NCBI GenBank assembly: GCA_002269645.1
Contig: NIVC01003145.1
Span: 1-64,000 of the forward strand
Direction of reading: 5' to 3'
Length of the DNA stretch: 64,000 nucleotides
Source of the DNA: Macrostomum lignano
Lineage: Eukaryota
In this document: positions 53,820 to 64,000 of the stretch, piece by piece
How the letters are laid out: every line of letters starts with the position of its first letter
Position numbering within the stretch: position 1 is the stretch's first letter
Position numbers and translations under genes: made by a program
The notes under the pieces: generated by a model
Told to the model about the DNA's origin: nothing
Seen by the model: only the letters and a program-made list of their open reading frames with translations
Database searches by the model: none

Positions 53820-54100
53820 AGTGAATTCCCAATGACTCATCGAAGGGAATTCCCAATGACACATAGACGGGAACTCTCTATGACAAATCGAAGGGAATTC
53901 CCAATTACTCATCGAAGGGAATTTCCAATGACTCATCGAAGGGAATTCTTAATAACCCTTATTCCCTATGAATTATCGAAGGGAATTCCCAATGACTCTT
54001 CGACGGGAATTCCCTATGACTCATCGAAGGGAATTCCCAATGACTCATCGAAGAGAATTTCCAATCACTCGTCGATACGAGTGGGAATTCTCAATGAATG
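53820..54100. repeat. 24-bp CGAAGGGAATTCCCAATGACTCAT repeat in PCBP intron 4
   Basis: Direct inspection. Confidence 0.88.
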
Positions 54101-54454
54101 ATTGATGAGATTTTGGTATTTCTCAATTAATTATCGATGGAATTTCCCTACTAATTAATCATCGATGAGATTTCCCCATGGGATGCCAAATGTATCATCA
54201 TATCGACGGTGTTTTCTAATGACTCATTGATGGAACTTTGGGATTTCCTACTGAATGATGGACAGGAATTCCCAATAACACATCAATTGGTTTCCCAATT
54301 CATAGGTTTTCCAGATGAGTTTGTGCGTTAACTAGGAGATAGCTTTGAATCTTTGTTTTTAACTCTGACTACATTTACCAATAGTGGGGGTTATAAACTA
54401 CGAGTACTGATATGAGTTTGTGAAAGTTCAAATATCATCAGCAGGATTGCTCAC

Positions 54455-54571
54455 ATCTTCGAATTTCTGGCACATCATAGCGAATGCAACGTGAATCTGG
54501 TCCACGGTGCCGGTCACCGTGACGATTCTCTCTGGACAAGAGCCGTCGGAGATGTTGATTCTTGCTCCGCT
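54455..54571 (-). CDS. PCBP: PCBP-like exon 4 (KH1 C-part)
   Basis: SGARINISDGSCPERIVTVTGTVDQIHVAFAMMCQKFED; 117 bp, phase 0. Confidence 0.94.
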
Positions 54572-54679
54572 CTGTATAATTTTAGTACCAAGTAGAGATG
54601 TATTATATTTGGAAGGGAGAATTAGCCAAGTCCTGCCGACGATCAACAAAGACGAATCAAAACGATCAAAAAGACTCAC

Positions 54680-54712
54680 CTCTTCGCGATATTTCTTCAC
54701 ATTTTCTCCTTT
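54680..54712 (-). CDS. PCBP: PCBP-like exon 3 (33-nt micro-exon)
   Basis: KGENVKKYREE; TTTCAG|AAA and GAG|GTGAGT. Confidence 0.9.
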
Positions 54713-54813
54713 CTGAAAGTAGAGAAAAATTCGCGAAACTCAAAAGTTTTTATAATATTTACCGAGATATATTCGCGTTAACTACATGTATATGCACTGA
54801 AATTCATGCTCAC

Positions 54814-54837
54814 CTTTCCTATGATACTGCCGACTTC
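54814..54837 (-). CDS. PCBP: PCBP-like exon 2 (24-nt micro-exon)
   Basis: EVGSIIGK; TTTCAG|GAA and AAG|GTGAGC. Confidence 0.9.
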
Positions 54838-54911
54838 CTGAAATCCGAGACAGTTAAGAAAACAAATCGTTTAATATTCATAATTATTCCCAGTATAATT
54901 CACGCTTTTTT

Positions 54912-56878
54912 TCACATCACTCAGCAACCCTGACACCTCACTCAGCAACTCTGACACCTCACTCAGCAACCCTGACACCTCACTCAGCAACTCTGACACA
55001 TCACTCAGCAACTCTGACACCTCACTCAGCAACCCTGACACCTCACTCAGCAACTCTGACACCTCACTCAGCAACCCTGACACATCACTCAGCAACTCTG
55101 ACACCTCACTCAGCAACTCTGATACCTCACTCAGCAACCCTGACACCTCACTCAGCAACTCTGACACCACACTCAGCAACCCTGACACATCACTCAACAA
55201 CCCTGACACATCACTCACAGCAACCCTGACACATCACTCAGCAACTCTGACACATCACTCAGCAACCCTGACACCTCACTCAGCAACTCTGACACATCAC
55301 TCAGCAACTCTGACACATCACTCAGCAACTCTGACACATCACTCAGCAACCCTGACACCTCACTCAGCAACTCTGACACCTCACTCAGCAACCCTGACAC
55401 CTCACTCAGCAACCCTGACACCTCACTCAGAGAAATCCTGACACATCACTCAGCAACCCTGACACATCACTCAGCAACCCTGACACCTCACTCAGAGAAA
55501 TCCTGACACATCACTCAGCAACCCTGACACATCACTCAGCAACCCTGACACATCACTCAGCAACCCTGACACATCACTCAGAGCAACCCTGACACATCAC
55601 TCAGAGCAACCCTGACACATCACTCAGCAACCCTGACACATCACTCAGAGCAACCCTGACACATCACTCAGAGCAACCCTGACACATCACTCAGAGCAAC
55701 CCTGACACATCACTCAGCAACCCTGACACATCACTCAGAGCAACCCTGACACATCACTCAGAGCAACCCTGACACATCACTCAGCAACCCTGACACCTCA
55801 CTCAGCAACTCTGACACATCACTCAGCAACCCTGACACCTCACTCAGCAACTCTGACACATCACTCAGCAACCCTGACACATCACTCAGCAACTCTGACA
55901 CATCACTCAGCAACCCTGACACATCACTCAGCAACTCTGACACATCACTCAGCAACCCTGACACCTCACTCAGCAACTCTGACACCTCACTCAGCAACCC
56001 TGACACCTCACTCAGCAACCCTGACACCTCACTCAGAGAAATCCTGACACATCACTCAGCAACCCTGACACATCACTCAGCAACCCTGACACCTCACTCA
56101 GAGAAATCCTGACACATCACTCAGCAACCCTGACACATCACTCAGCAACCCTGACACATCACTCAGCAACCCTGACACATCACTCAGAGCAACCCTGACA
56201 CATCACTCAGAGCAACCCTGACACATCACTCAGCAACCCTGACACATCACTCAGAGCAACCCTGACACATCACTCAGAGCAACCCTGACACATCACTCAG
56301 AGCAACCCTGACACATCACTCAGCAACCCTGACACCTCACTCAGAGAAATCCTGACACATCACTCAGCAACCCTGACACATCACTCAGCAACCCTGACAC
56401 CTCACTCAGAGAAATCCTGACACATCACTCAGCAACCCTGACACATCACTCAGCAACCCTGACACATCACTCAGCAACCCTGACACATCACTCAGAGCAA
56501 CCCTGACACATCACTCAGAGCAACCCTGACACATCACTCAGCAACCCTGACACATCACTCAGAGCAACCCTGACACATCACTCAGAGCAACCCTGACACA
56601 TCACTCAGAGCAACCCTGACACATCACTCAGCAACCCTGACACATCACTCAGAGCAACCCTGACACATCACTCAGAGCAACCCTGACACATCACTTAGAG
56701 CAACCCTGACACATCCCTCAGCAACCCTGACACATCGCTCAGCAACCCTGACACATCACTCAGCAACCCTGACACATCACTCAGCAACCCTGACACATTA
56801 TTCAGCAACCCTGACACATCACTCGGCAACCCTGACACATCACTCAGGCAACCCTGACACATCACTCAGCAACCCTGA
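54912..56878. repeat. ~2-kb 21/23-bp minisatellite filling PCBP intron 1
   Basis: CACTCAG(AG)CAACCCTGACACAT units with higher-order blocks. Confidence 0.97.
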
Positions 56879-56891
56879 AATTTTGGCGCAC

Positions 56892-57128
56892 CTTGCCCGA
56901 CATCAGCATCCGAATGGTGAGCATCTGCGATGCCAAGCTCTGCGCCTCCGAGGTCGACGGCGGCCTAGTTGACGATGAAGTGCCCGAGTGCTCTGGCGAG
57001 CCGCCGCCGCCGTTAGCCTGCTGGCTGCAAGCCGCCTGCGGTGCTGCGTGCGGCAGCATCTGAGCAAACTGCTGCTGATGAACCAGCGCGAGGGAATCTG
57101 CGGTAATCACGTGACCGCCGCTGTACAT
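56892..57128 (-). CDS. PCBP: PCBP-like exon 1 (poly(rC)-binding protein, mub/PCBP family)
   Basis: Ends LTIRMLMSGK (human LTIRLLMHGK); donor AAG|GTGCGC. The ten exons total 1920 bp = 639 aa. An upstream acceptor near 57144 suggests a further 5' exon or trans-splicing. Confidence 0.85.
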
Positions 57129-57420
57129 CAGCTGAGCCAGCGCGACTGTTGAGTATTTCTCCTTTTATGGAATTGAAATTCTTTCTTAGAGGTCAAACTT
57201 GACTGTTGCTGTCTTCGAACTGCCGCTGCCGTCTGTTGCTTTAAATTGGGAAATTTCGAGGCTTGTTGCAGAATTTTTCTTTTTTTCTCTAACAGAGAAA
57301 TAAAAAAAAATTTGGGGCGCGAAAGAAGGAGGGAAGGAGGGAATAATATTGCTTGTAGTGTGCGAATCTCTGCTTTGCCCTCTTTCTACCTCTCTTTCTC
57401 TTTCCCGTCTTCTGCGCTTC

Positions 57421-57423
<3 letters not shown>

Positions 57424-57454
<31 letters not shown>
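57424..57454. repeat. (GA)n microsatellite
   Basis: Direct inspection. Confidence 0.9.
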
Positions 57455-57459
<5 letters not shown>

Positions 57460-58974
57460 GCCAATCTGAAAGCAACGCAACGCAACCCACTCCCAAAACC
57501 GAATCCCCTCCCCCTTCCCTTTCTCAGTGGAGAACTGATCAAGGTGTGCTGAAAGAGGTGGTTAGTAACCGTCTTTCAGTTCTCACAATGCCTGCTTGGC
57601 CAGAGTCCGCCAACCCCTTCCTGACCAGCCCGCCCCACGGTTCCCCAGATGCAGTCTCTCAGGAAGTGACGAGAAAAAGAGGAATAGCACTGGAGGGAGT
57701 TGGGTGGGAGAATTACGACTGCAATGGGGGATATTTATGACGAGGGTTGTAATATATTACTGCTACAATTAAGGAATAAGCTAATAGTTGTAATTTTTGG
57801 CCTAAGCGCATGACTGCTGCTATGCAGGGTTGCAATTTGCTTCACGAGGAAATCTGAAAGTGTGTAAAACCTTGCACCTTGCACTTCTGCGGGGCTGACT
57901 GACTAGATAGAAAAACGATTTTCTAGGTCGAACCCTGTACTACGCCAAAAGTTTTACGGTACATTTCCATTTATAATACGACAAGATTAATGGGAATGCC
58001 AGTTTGTGCGCCACCTAATCACTATAGGAATAGGCCAACGATCTGAAACCAAAACGTGTTTGTTAGTTTACACCGCACCTGCAGCGAAACCGCGTCTTTT
58101 TCTGCACCAGGTAAATCGTAAATCACTTTGTTGTATCGGGTTTATGTCGGCAATCACTGAACATTAAAGCAATCCAAGAAACTACTTCAGTTTGTCTGTA
58201 TGTGTCCTCTCTGTCTGTCCTGTTTGTCTGTATGTGTCCTCTCTGTCTGTCCTTCAGTTTGTCTCCAGCTGTCCTGTGTAGTGCACACTATGGATTATAT
58301 GAAGAGAGAGAATTCCCAAAACATTTTTCATGTCATCTGCTTTCTGTATTTTCCATTTTCTTTACGGATCGGATTGTCTATTTGTATTTCAAGCCTCTGA
58401 AACTCTGTGCCGGCCTGTAGCTCACGTTGCCCGTGCAAAAGCAGAGAGTTGCAGGCCAAGATGGACACAGACAGCTGCGCCGCTAGGAAAGATAGATAGG
58501 GGGGGGGCAGAAAAATCCAAGCCAATGTCTTACAGTCTGGAATACCCTTGCAAAATGCAGTGGAATGAACTTCGTTACATGGGAAATTTTCCCTAAACCA
58601 AGCCATATCATCCAAGAGGCGGCCTTCAGTGGCTGCAAACCGAACCGAGAGAAAAATTGAAAAGTTATTTAAAAGTGACCGACTTTTTCTGCAAGTTCCG
58701 GTGTCTATGCTTCCTCCCAATGAAGCCCGAGTTTTTTTCGGTGTACTAGCTATCACCTAACCCATCTGCCGGCTGGCTGATGAAAGGCGCCAGGCGCAGT
58801 CAGACCCTTACATGGTCTGAGGCGATGGGGCGCGCGTTCTGTTGCAGGAAAAATAAGTAAAAGGAATTATTGCATTAGGAACATTTTGTACAAAGTTCAC
58901 TGATAAGATTTATAATATCTGATAGTGGGCGGAAAGAAAGCACTGAGTTAGAATGAAGAAAGGAAAAATAGGGG

Positions 58975-59778
58975 TTAGCTACTCCCATCGAAGATAGCTA
59001 GCTACTCCCTCAGTGGGGGTAGATAGCAACTCCAATCGAAGATAGCTATAGCTACTCCCTCAATAGGGGTAGATAGCTACTCCCACCGAAGATAGCTACT
59101 CCCTCAATAGGGGTAGACAGCTACTCCCACCGAAGATAGCTACTCCCTCAATAGGGGTAGACAGCTACTCCCACCGAAGATAGCTACTCCCTCAATAGGG
59201 GTAGACAGCTACTCCCACCGAAGATAGCTACTCCCTCAATAGGGGTAGACAGCTACTCCCAAGATAGCTACTCCCTCAATAGGGGTAGACAGCTACTCCC
59301 ACCGAAGATAGCTACTCCCTCAATAGGGGTAGATTGCTACTCCCACCGAAGATAGCTACTCCCTCAATAGGGGTAGACAGCTACTCCCAAGATAGCTACT
59401 CCCTCAATAGGGGTAGACAGCTACTCCCACCGAAGATAGCTACTCCCTCAATAGGGGTAGACAGCTACTCCCACCGAAGATAGCTACTCCCTCAATAGGG
59501 GTAGACAGCTACTCCCACCGAAGATAGCTACTCCCTCAATAGGGGTAGACAGCTACTCCCACCGAAGATAGCTACTCCCTCAATAGGGGTAGACAGCTAC
59601 TCCCACCGAAGATAGCTACTCCCTCAATAGGGGTAGACAGCTACTCCCACCGAAGATAGCTACTCCCTCAATAGGGGTAGACAGCTACTCCCAAGATAGC
59701 TACTCCCTCAATAGGGGTAGACAGCTACTCCCACCGAAGATAGCTACTCCCTCAATAGGGGTAGATTGCTACTCCCAC
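58975..59778. repeat. 44-bp minisatellite
   Basis: AGCTACTCCCACCGAAGATAGCTACTCCCTCAATAGGGGTAGAC units, with some shorter deletion variants. Confidence 0.96.
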
Positions 59779-59974
59779 TTGAAAAAAATATTTTAGCAGT
59801 GTCGATACCCTGTTGAAGAAGGCCAAAAATAGGATCAGTGTATAAACACGAGTTCCGCGCTCCAATGGGCCTCTCCAATACATCTAGCTATGCTTTATAA
59901 ACACTCCAGTTGGTGGTGCCTGTAAAGCTGGGTGAATGGACGGGATTAGCATTGTGTGGTGTGTGAGCGAGTGC

Positions 59975-60015
59975 CCGAGTGAAAGAGCCAGAGAGAGAGA
60001 GGCTGGGTTATATAC
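59975..60015 (-). promoter_or_regulatory. Candidate TATA + initiator for the PCBP gene
   Basis: Minus-strand TATATAA (60014-60008), 34 nt upstream of an Inr-like TTCACT. Speculative. Confidence 0.25.
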
Positions 60016-60423
60016 AGGGAGAGTGGGAAATGGCAGTGATAAACACGGACACACAAGAGAATCAGTGCTTTTCAGCCCATAGTCTGCAAACAAATCCACG
60101 GGTCACGGTTTGACATGTCCGCATAGGGATAGGCCTTATATATATAATATCGTACGTTGCATACGTAAACTAGTGAAGTATGGCTCCTGGCGTTGTGATT
60201 GATCGTGCATAGGTCACTGTGTAGTTGTGTGTTAAAACTCGATTTTAAGCGCGGGGTGGACTGTGCAGAAACTTCGTGAAAAGCCATGTTACTGTAAACT
60301 GCTGTGCTAATATGCTTATAGATTAAGTATTTTATTATAAAATCTTTTACTTAACTTCTACGCTTATAACGTTTTACGCAACATCATTTTTCTGTCTTAC
60401 AGGGGAAGTTAAGAAATTTTCAG

Positions 60424-61375
60424 GTTACATGTTTAGGTTAGGGTTATGATTTAGGTTAGGGTTAGGATTTTGGTTAGGGTTATGATTTAGGTTAGGGTTA
60501 TGATTTAGGTTAGGGTAATGATTTAGGTTGGTATTACGATTTAGGTTTGGGTTATGATTTAGGTTGGTATTACGATCTAGGTTAGGGTTACGATTTAGGT
60601 TGGTGTTAGTGTTAAGATTGGTGTTAGTGTTTAGACTGGTGTTAGTGTTTAGATTGGTGTTAGTGTTTAGATTGGTGTTAGTGTTTAGGTTAGTGTTAGG
60701 ATTTAGGTTTGGGTTATGATTTAGGTTGGTGTTAGTGTTTAGATTGGTGTTAGTGTTTAGATTGGTGTTAGTGTTTAGATTGGTGTTAGTGTTTAGATTG
60801 GTGTTAGTGTTTAGACTGGTGTTAGTGTTTAGACTGGTGTTAGTGTTTAGATTGGTGTTAGTGTTTAGATTGGTGTTAGTGTTTAGATTGGTGTTAGTGT
60901 TTAGATTGGTGTTAGTGTTTAGATTGGTGTTAGTGTTTAGACTGGTGTTAGTGTTTAGATTGGTGTTAGTGTTTAGATTGGTGTTAGTGTTTAGATTGGT
61001 GTTAGTGTTTAGATTGGTGTTAGTGTTTAGATTGGTGTTAGTGTTTAGACTGGTGTTAGTGTTTAGATTGGTGTTAGTGTTTAGATTGGTGTTAGTGTTT
61101 AGATTGGTGTTAGTGTTTAGGTTAGTGTTAGGATTTAGGTTTGGGTTATGATTTAGGTTGGTGTTAGTGTTTTGATTGGTGTTAGTGTTTAGATTGGTGT
61201 TAGTGTTTAGATTGGTGTTAGTGTTTAGATTGGTGTTAGTGTTTAGATTGGTGTTAGTGTTTAGATTGGTGTTAGTGTTAGTATTTAGGTTGGGGTTACG
61301 ATTTAGGTTAGGATTCGGATTTAGGTTAGAGTTAGGATTTAGGTTAGGGTTTTGGTTAAGTTAGGTCTGCAAGTT
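60424..61375. repeat. Interstitial telomere-like satellite (TTAGGG variants; 18-bp TTAGTGTTTAGATTGGTG core)
   Basis: TTAGGG/TTAGGT hexamers at both ends and an amplified 18-bp unit in the middle. Confidence 0.92.
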
Positions 61376-62814
61376 AAGCTGAGTTGGAAGTGGTTAGTAC
61401 ACAGCTAAATTGGCTCCCTGTGATAGGGTATAGCTGCTGTAGCAATACAAAGGGTGACATGTTTCAGCACTGTGCCAGCTCGCACACAAACAGCAATCGG
61501 ATGCACCTTGTAGCAAATCAGGCGTATTTCTTATTATATCTATTTTCTGCTCATCCTCTGCTCAGCCATGCGCATGTTCGCGTCATCCCAACCTGAGAGT
61601 GTGCAAGCGGACAAGCTCATTATTATAACAAAGCTTTTCTTCTTTTGATGATGAAAGCCCAGCAAGGTGTTAAGATGTCTCAAAGGCGCGCGCACTCCAT
61701 TTCAACCCAGCGTGAATGTTAAGCTAACACACGTTATTAGATAGATCTATTTGGTCCAGTAGAATCTGTTCTGTTTATTGGCAGACGCTTAGCTTAGACT
61801 GGTCAAGCAAAAACATCTACATGGGATCCGGGATCAGAGCCGGGGGAAGGCGAGGCAAGGATGGGGGTATGAAACGAAAACACAAAAAAATCTTGCAAAA
61901 AGAAAAACATCTTTTTTTCTGTTGCATACTGTGCGGCAAAGATGGACAGGTGTCTTCGAAATGGCTTAGCTCGTAGCGACCTTAGCCAACCAAGTTGGGA
62001 AATCCAATGTGGCAGCAGTAGATTTGGTCTTGCCCATAGACATAGATATGGACGGGAAAAAGGCAAGCAAGTGGAAAATTGGGCCATAGACATCAGCACA
62101 AAAAGGGATGCAAGCAGCAACCTCTCTCAACCACGCTCACACATGTACACTCTCCGCTCCTAAATCCCACTATTCCAAGAATCGACAGACAAGCAGGCCA
62201 TCTTTTAAGAAGCTAAAAGGAACAGATTTATCTAAGCCGCGAGTGGAAAGGCAGAGAGATTATAATCAACTTTGGTCCAGAAACACGATGGACGAGAGAT
62301 GCAGAGACAAAACGATAAGGAAAAGAAAAAGTTCTGAGGCCAAAGAAAACGACTGTGCTCAAAGCATTAAAGTATTAATACTAAGCCGATAATCTTCAAT
62401 GAGAAAATTGCGTGCTAACTCGAATTTCTTTCAGTATGTTAAGCTTATTTGATAGTCAACTTCCCGCCAAATATTTTTGTTATAACAAAGCGTGACTTCA
62501 GAAGACTTTAAGAGGCCTATTTCTTAGAATATCTTTAAAAATGCATAAAAATGAATTTATAGTTAAGGATATTTGCCATCTTTCTTCATAGTTCTCATCT
62601 TTCATAGCCAATAGGAAATGCTGAGTCATAATATATTGCCAAGCTCTATTAAGGGACGATTACGGGAAGAGAAAGGTGAGTCGTGTCCAGCTCAGAATGA
62701 TGAAAATACCACTAAAAATATAATGTTAGAAAAGCTCACTAAGCGCGTGATGAACCAACCAGTTATCGTTAAACAGCACGCGAATAGTTTTCTAAGAATC
62801 AACCATTAAGCGCG

Positions 62815-63800
62815 AACATTTTTCTAAGAAACATGGAATAAGCGCTAGACAGCTTTCTAAGAATTTTAGAATAACCGTGGACAGTTTTCTAAGAACCGTG
62901 GAATAAGCATGAACAGTTTTCTAAGAATCGTGAAATAAGCGCGAATATTTTTCTAAGAATCGTGAAATAAGCATGAACAGTTTTCTAAGAATCGTGGAAT
63001 AAGCGCGAACAGTTTTTCTAAGAATCATGGAATAAGCATGAACACTTTTCTAAGAATCGTGGAATAAGCGTTAGACAGCTTTCTAAGAATCGTGAAATAA
63101 CCGTGAACAGTTTTCTAAGAATCGTGGAATAAGCGCTAGACAGCTTTCTAAGAATCGTGAAATAACCGTGAACAGTTTTCTAAGAATCGTGGAATAAGTG
63201 CGAACAGTTTTCTAAGAATCGTGGAATAAGCGCAAGAAAGCTTTATAAGAATCGTGGAATAAGCGTTAGACAGCTTTCTAGGAATCGTGAAATAACCGTG
63301 AACAGTTTTCTAAGAATCGTGGAATAAGTGCGAACAGTTTTCTAAGAATCGTGGAATAAGCGCAAGAAAGCTTTATAAGAATCGTGGAATAAGCGTTAGA
63401 CAGCTTTCTAAGAATCGTGAAATAACCGTGAACAGTTTTCTAAGAATCGTGGAATAAGTGCGAACAGTTTTCTAAGAATCGTGGAATAAGTGCGAACAGT
63501 TTTCTAAGAATCGTGGAATAAGCGCAAGAAAGCTTTATAAGAATCGTGGAATAAGCGTTAGACATCTTTCTAAGAATCGTGAAATAACCGTGAACAGTTT
63601 TCTAAGAATCGTGGAATAAGTGCGAACAGTTTTCTAAGAATCGTGGAATAAGCGCTAGACAGCTTTCTAAGAATCGTGAAATAATCGTGAACAGTTTTCT
63701 AAGAATCGTGGAATAAGCGCTAGACAGCTTTCTAAGAATCGTGAAATAACCGTGAACAGTTTTTTCTAGGAATCGTGGAATAAGCTCGAACGGTTTTCTA
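62815..63800. repeat. 32/33-bp minisatellite
   Basis: AACAGTTTTCTAAGAATCGTGGAATAAGCGCG-type units alternating with 33-bp variants. Confidence 0.95.
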
Positions 63801-64000
63801 TGAATCTTAAAATTACTACGCTTGTATTTCGAGAGCATCAGCCAGTGGAGATAAAACTGATTAGAAAATCTCCTCAAAAAGCGACTCAGCTTTTTACACA
63901 GACCAGCAGCGTACTTTTGCGATTTAGCTCGTCAAACTAAAACATCGCGAAACAATCTCCCAATGAGAATAATTCAATACAATTTAAACAAATGCGGGTC

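Noticed and set aside
60726-61364. (VLVFRL)n hydrophobic ORFs
   Set aside because: Translations of the 18-bp telomere-like satellite.
61803-62120. Secreted-peptide-like ORF (MLLASLFVLMSMAQ...)
   Set aside because: It starts at TTG, has no recognisable homology or splice support, and the hydrophobicity is explained by A-rich opposite-strand composition.

Overview
Animal genomic DNA with GC-rich exons and AT-rich or tandem-repeat-filled introns. The style suggests a flatworm such as Macrostomum, but that is an inference. I reconstructed six protein-coding loci by hand from GT-AG sites and reading frame: (1) an intronless H3.3-type histone gene (+, 7558-7968); (2) a convergent, tail-divergent H3 variant (-, 9409-9819); (3) CNOT9/RCD1 (-, 3 exons, 369 aa); (4) a SEPT6-group septin (-, 6 exons, 429 aa); (5) a CD225/dispanin-like membrane protein (+, 2 exons, about 230 aa); (6) a three-KH poly(rC)-binding protein (PCBP/mub-like; -, 10 exons including 24- and 33-nt micro-exons, 639 aa). 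The remainder is nested transposon relics (hAT, Merlin, P, Mutator-like, EnSpm/CACTA-like with a spliced cargo ORF, Gypsy gag-protease, CORE-SINE) and many distinct mini/microsatellites, most inside introns. The strongest signal is the inverted H3 pair. The variant keeps every tail lysine but rewrites their flanks (T11M, G13A, Q19R, S28T/A29P/P30L/S31V). Codons 32-110 of the two genes are about 98% identical at the DNA level, while both ends are strongly diverged even at silent sites, which looks like partial gene conversion. No rRNA, CRISPR array or clearly intact tRNA was seen.
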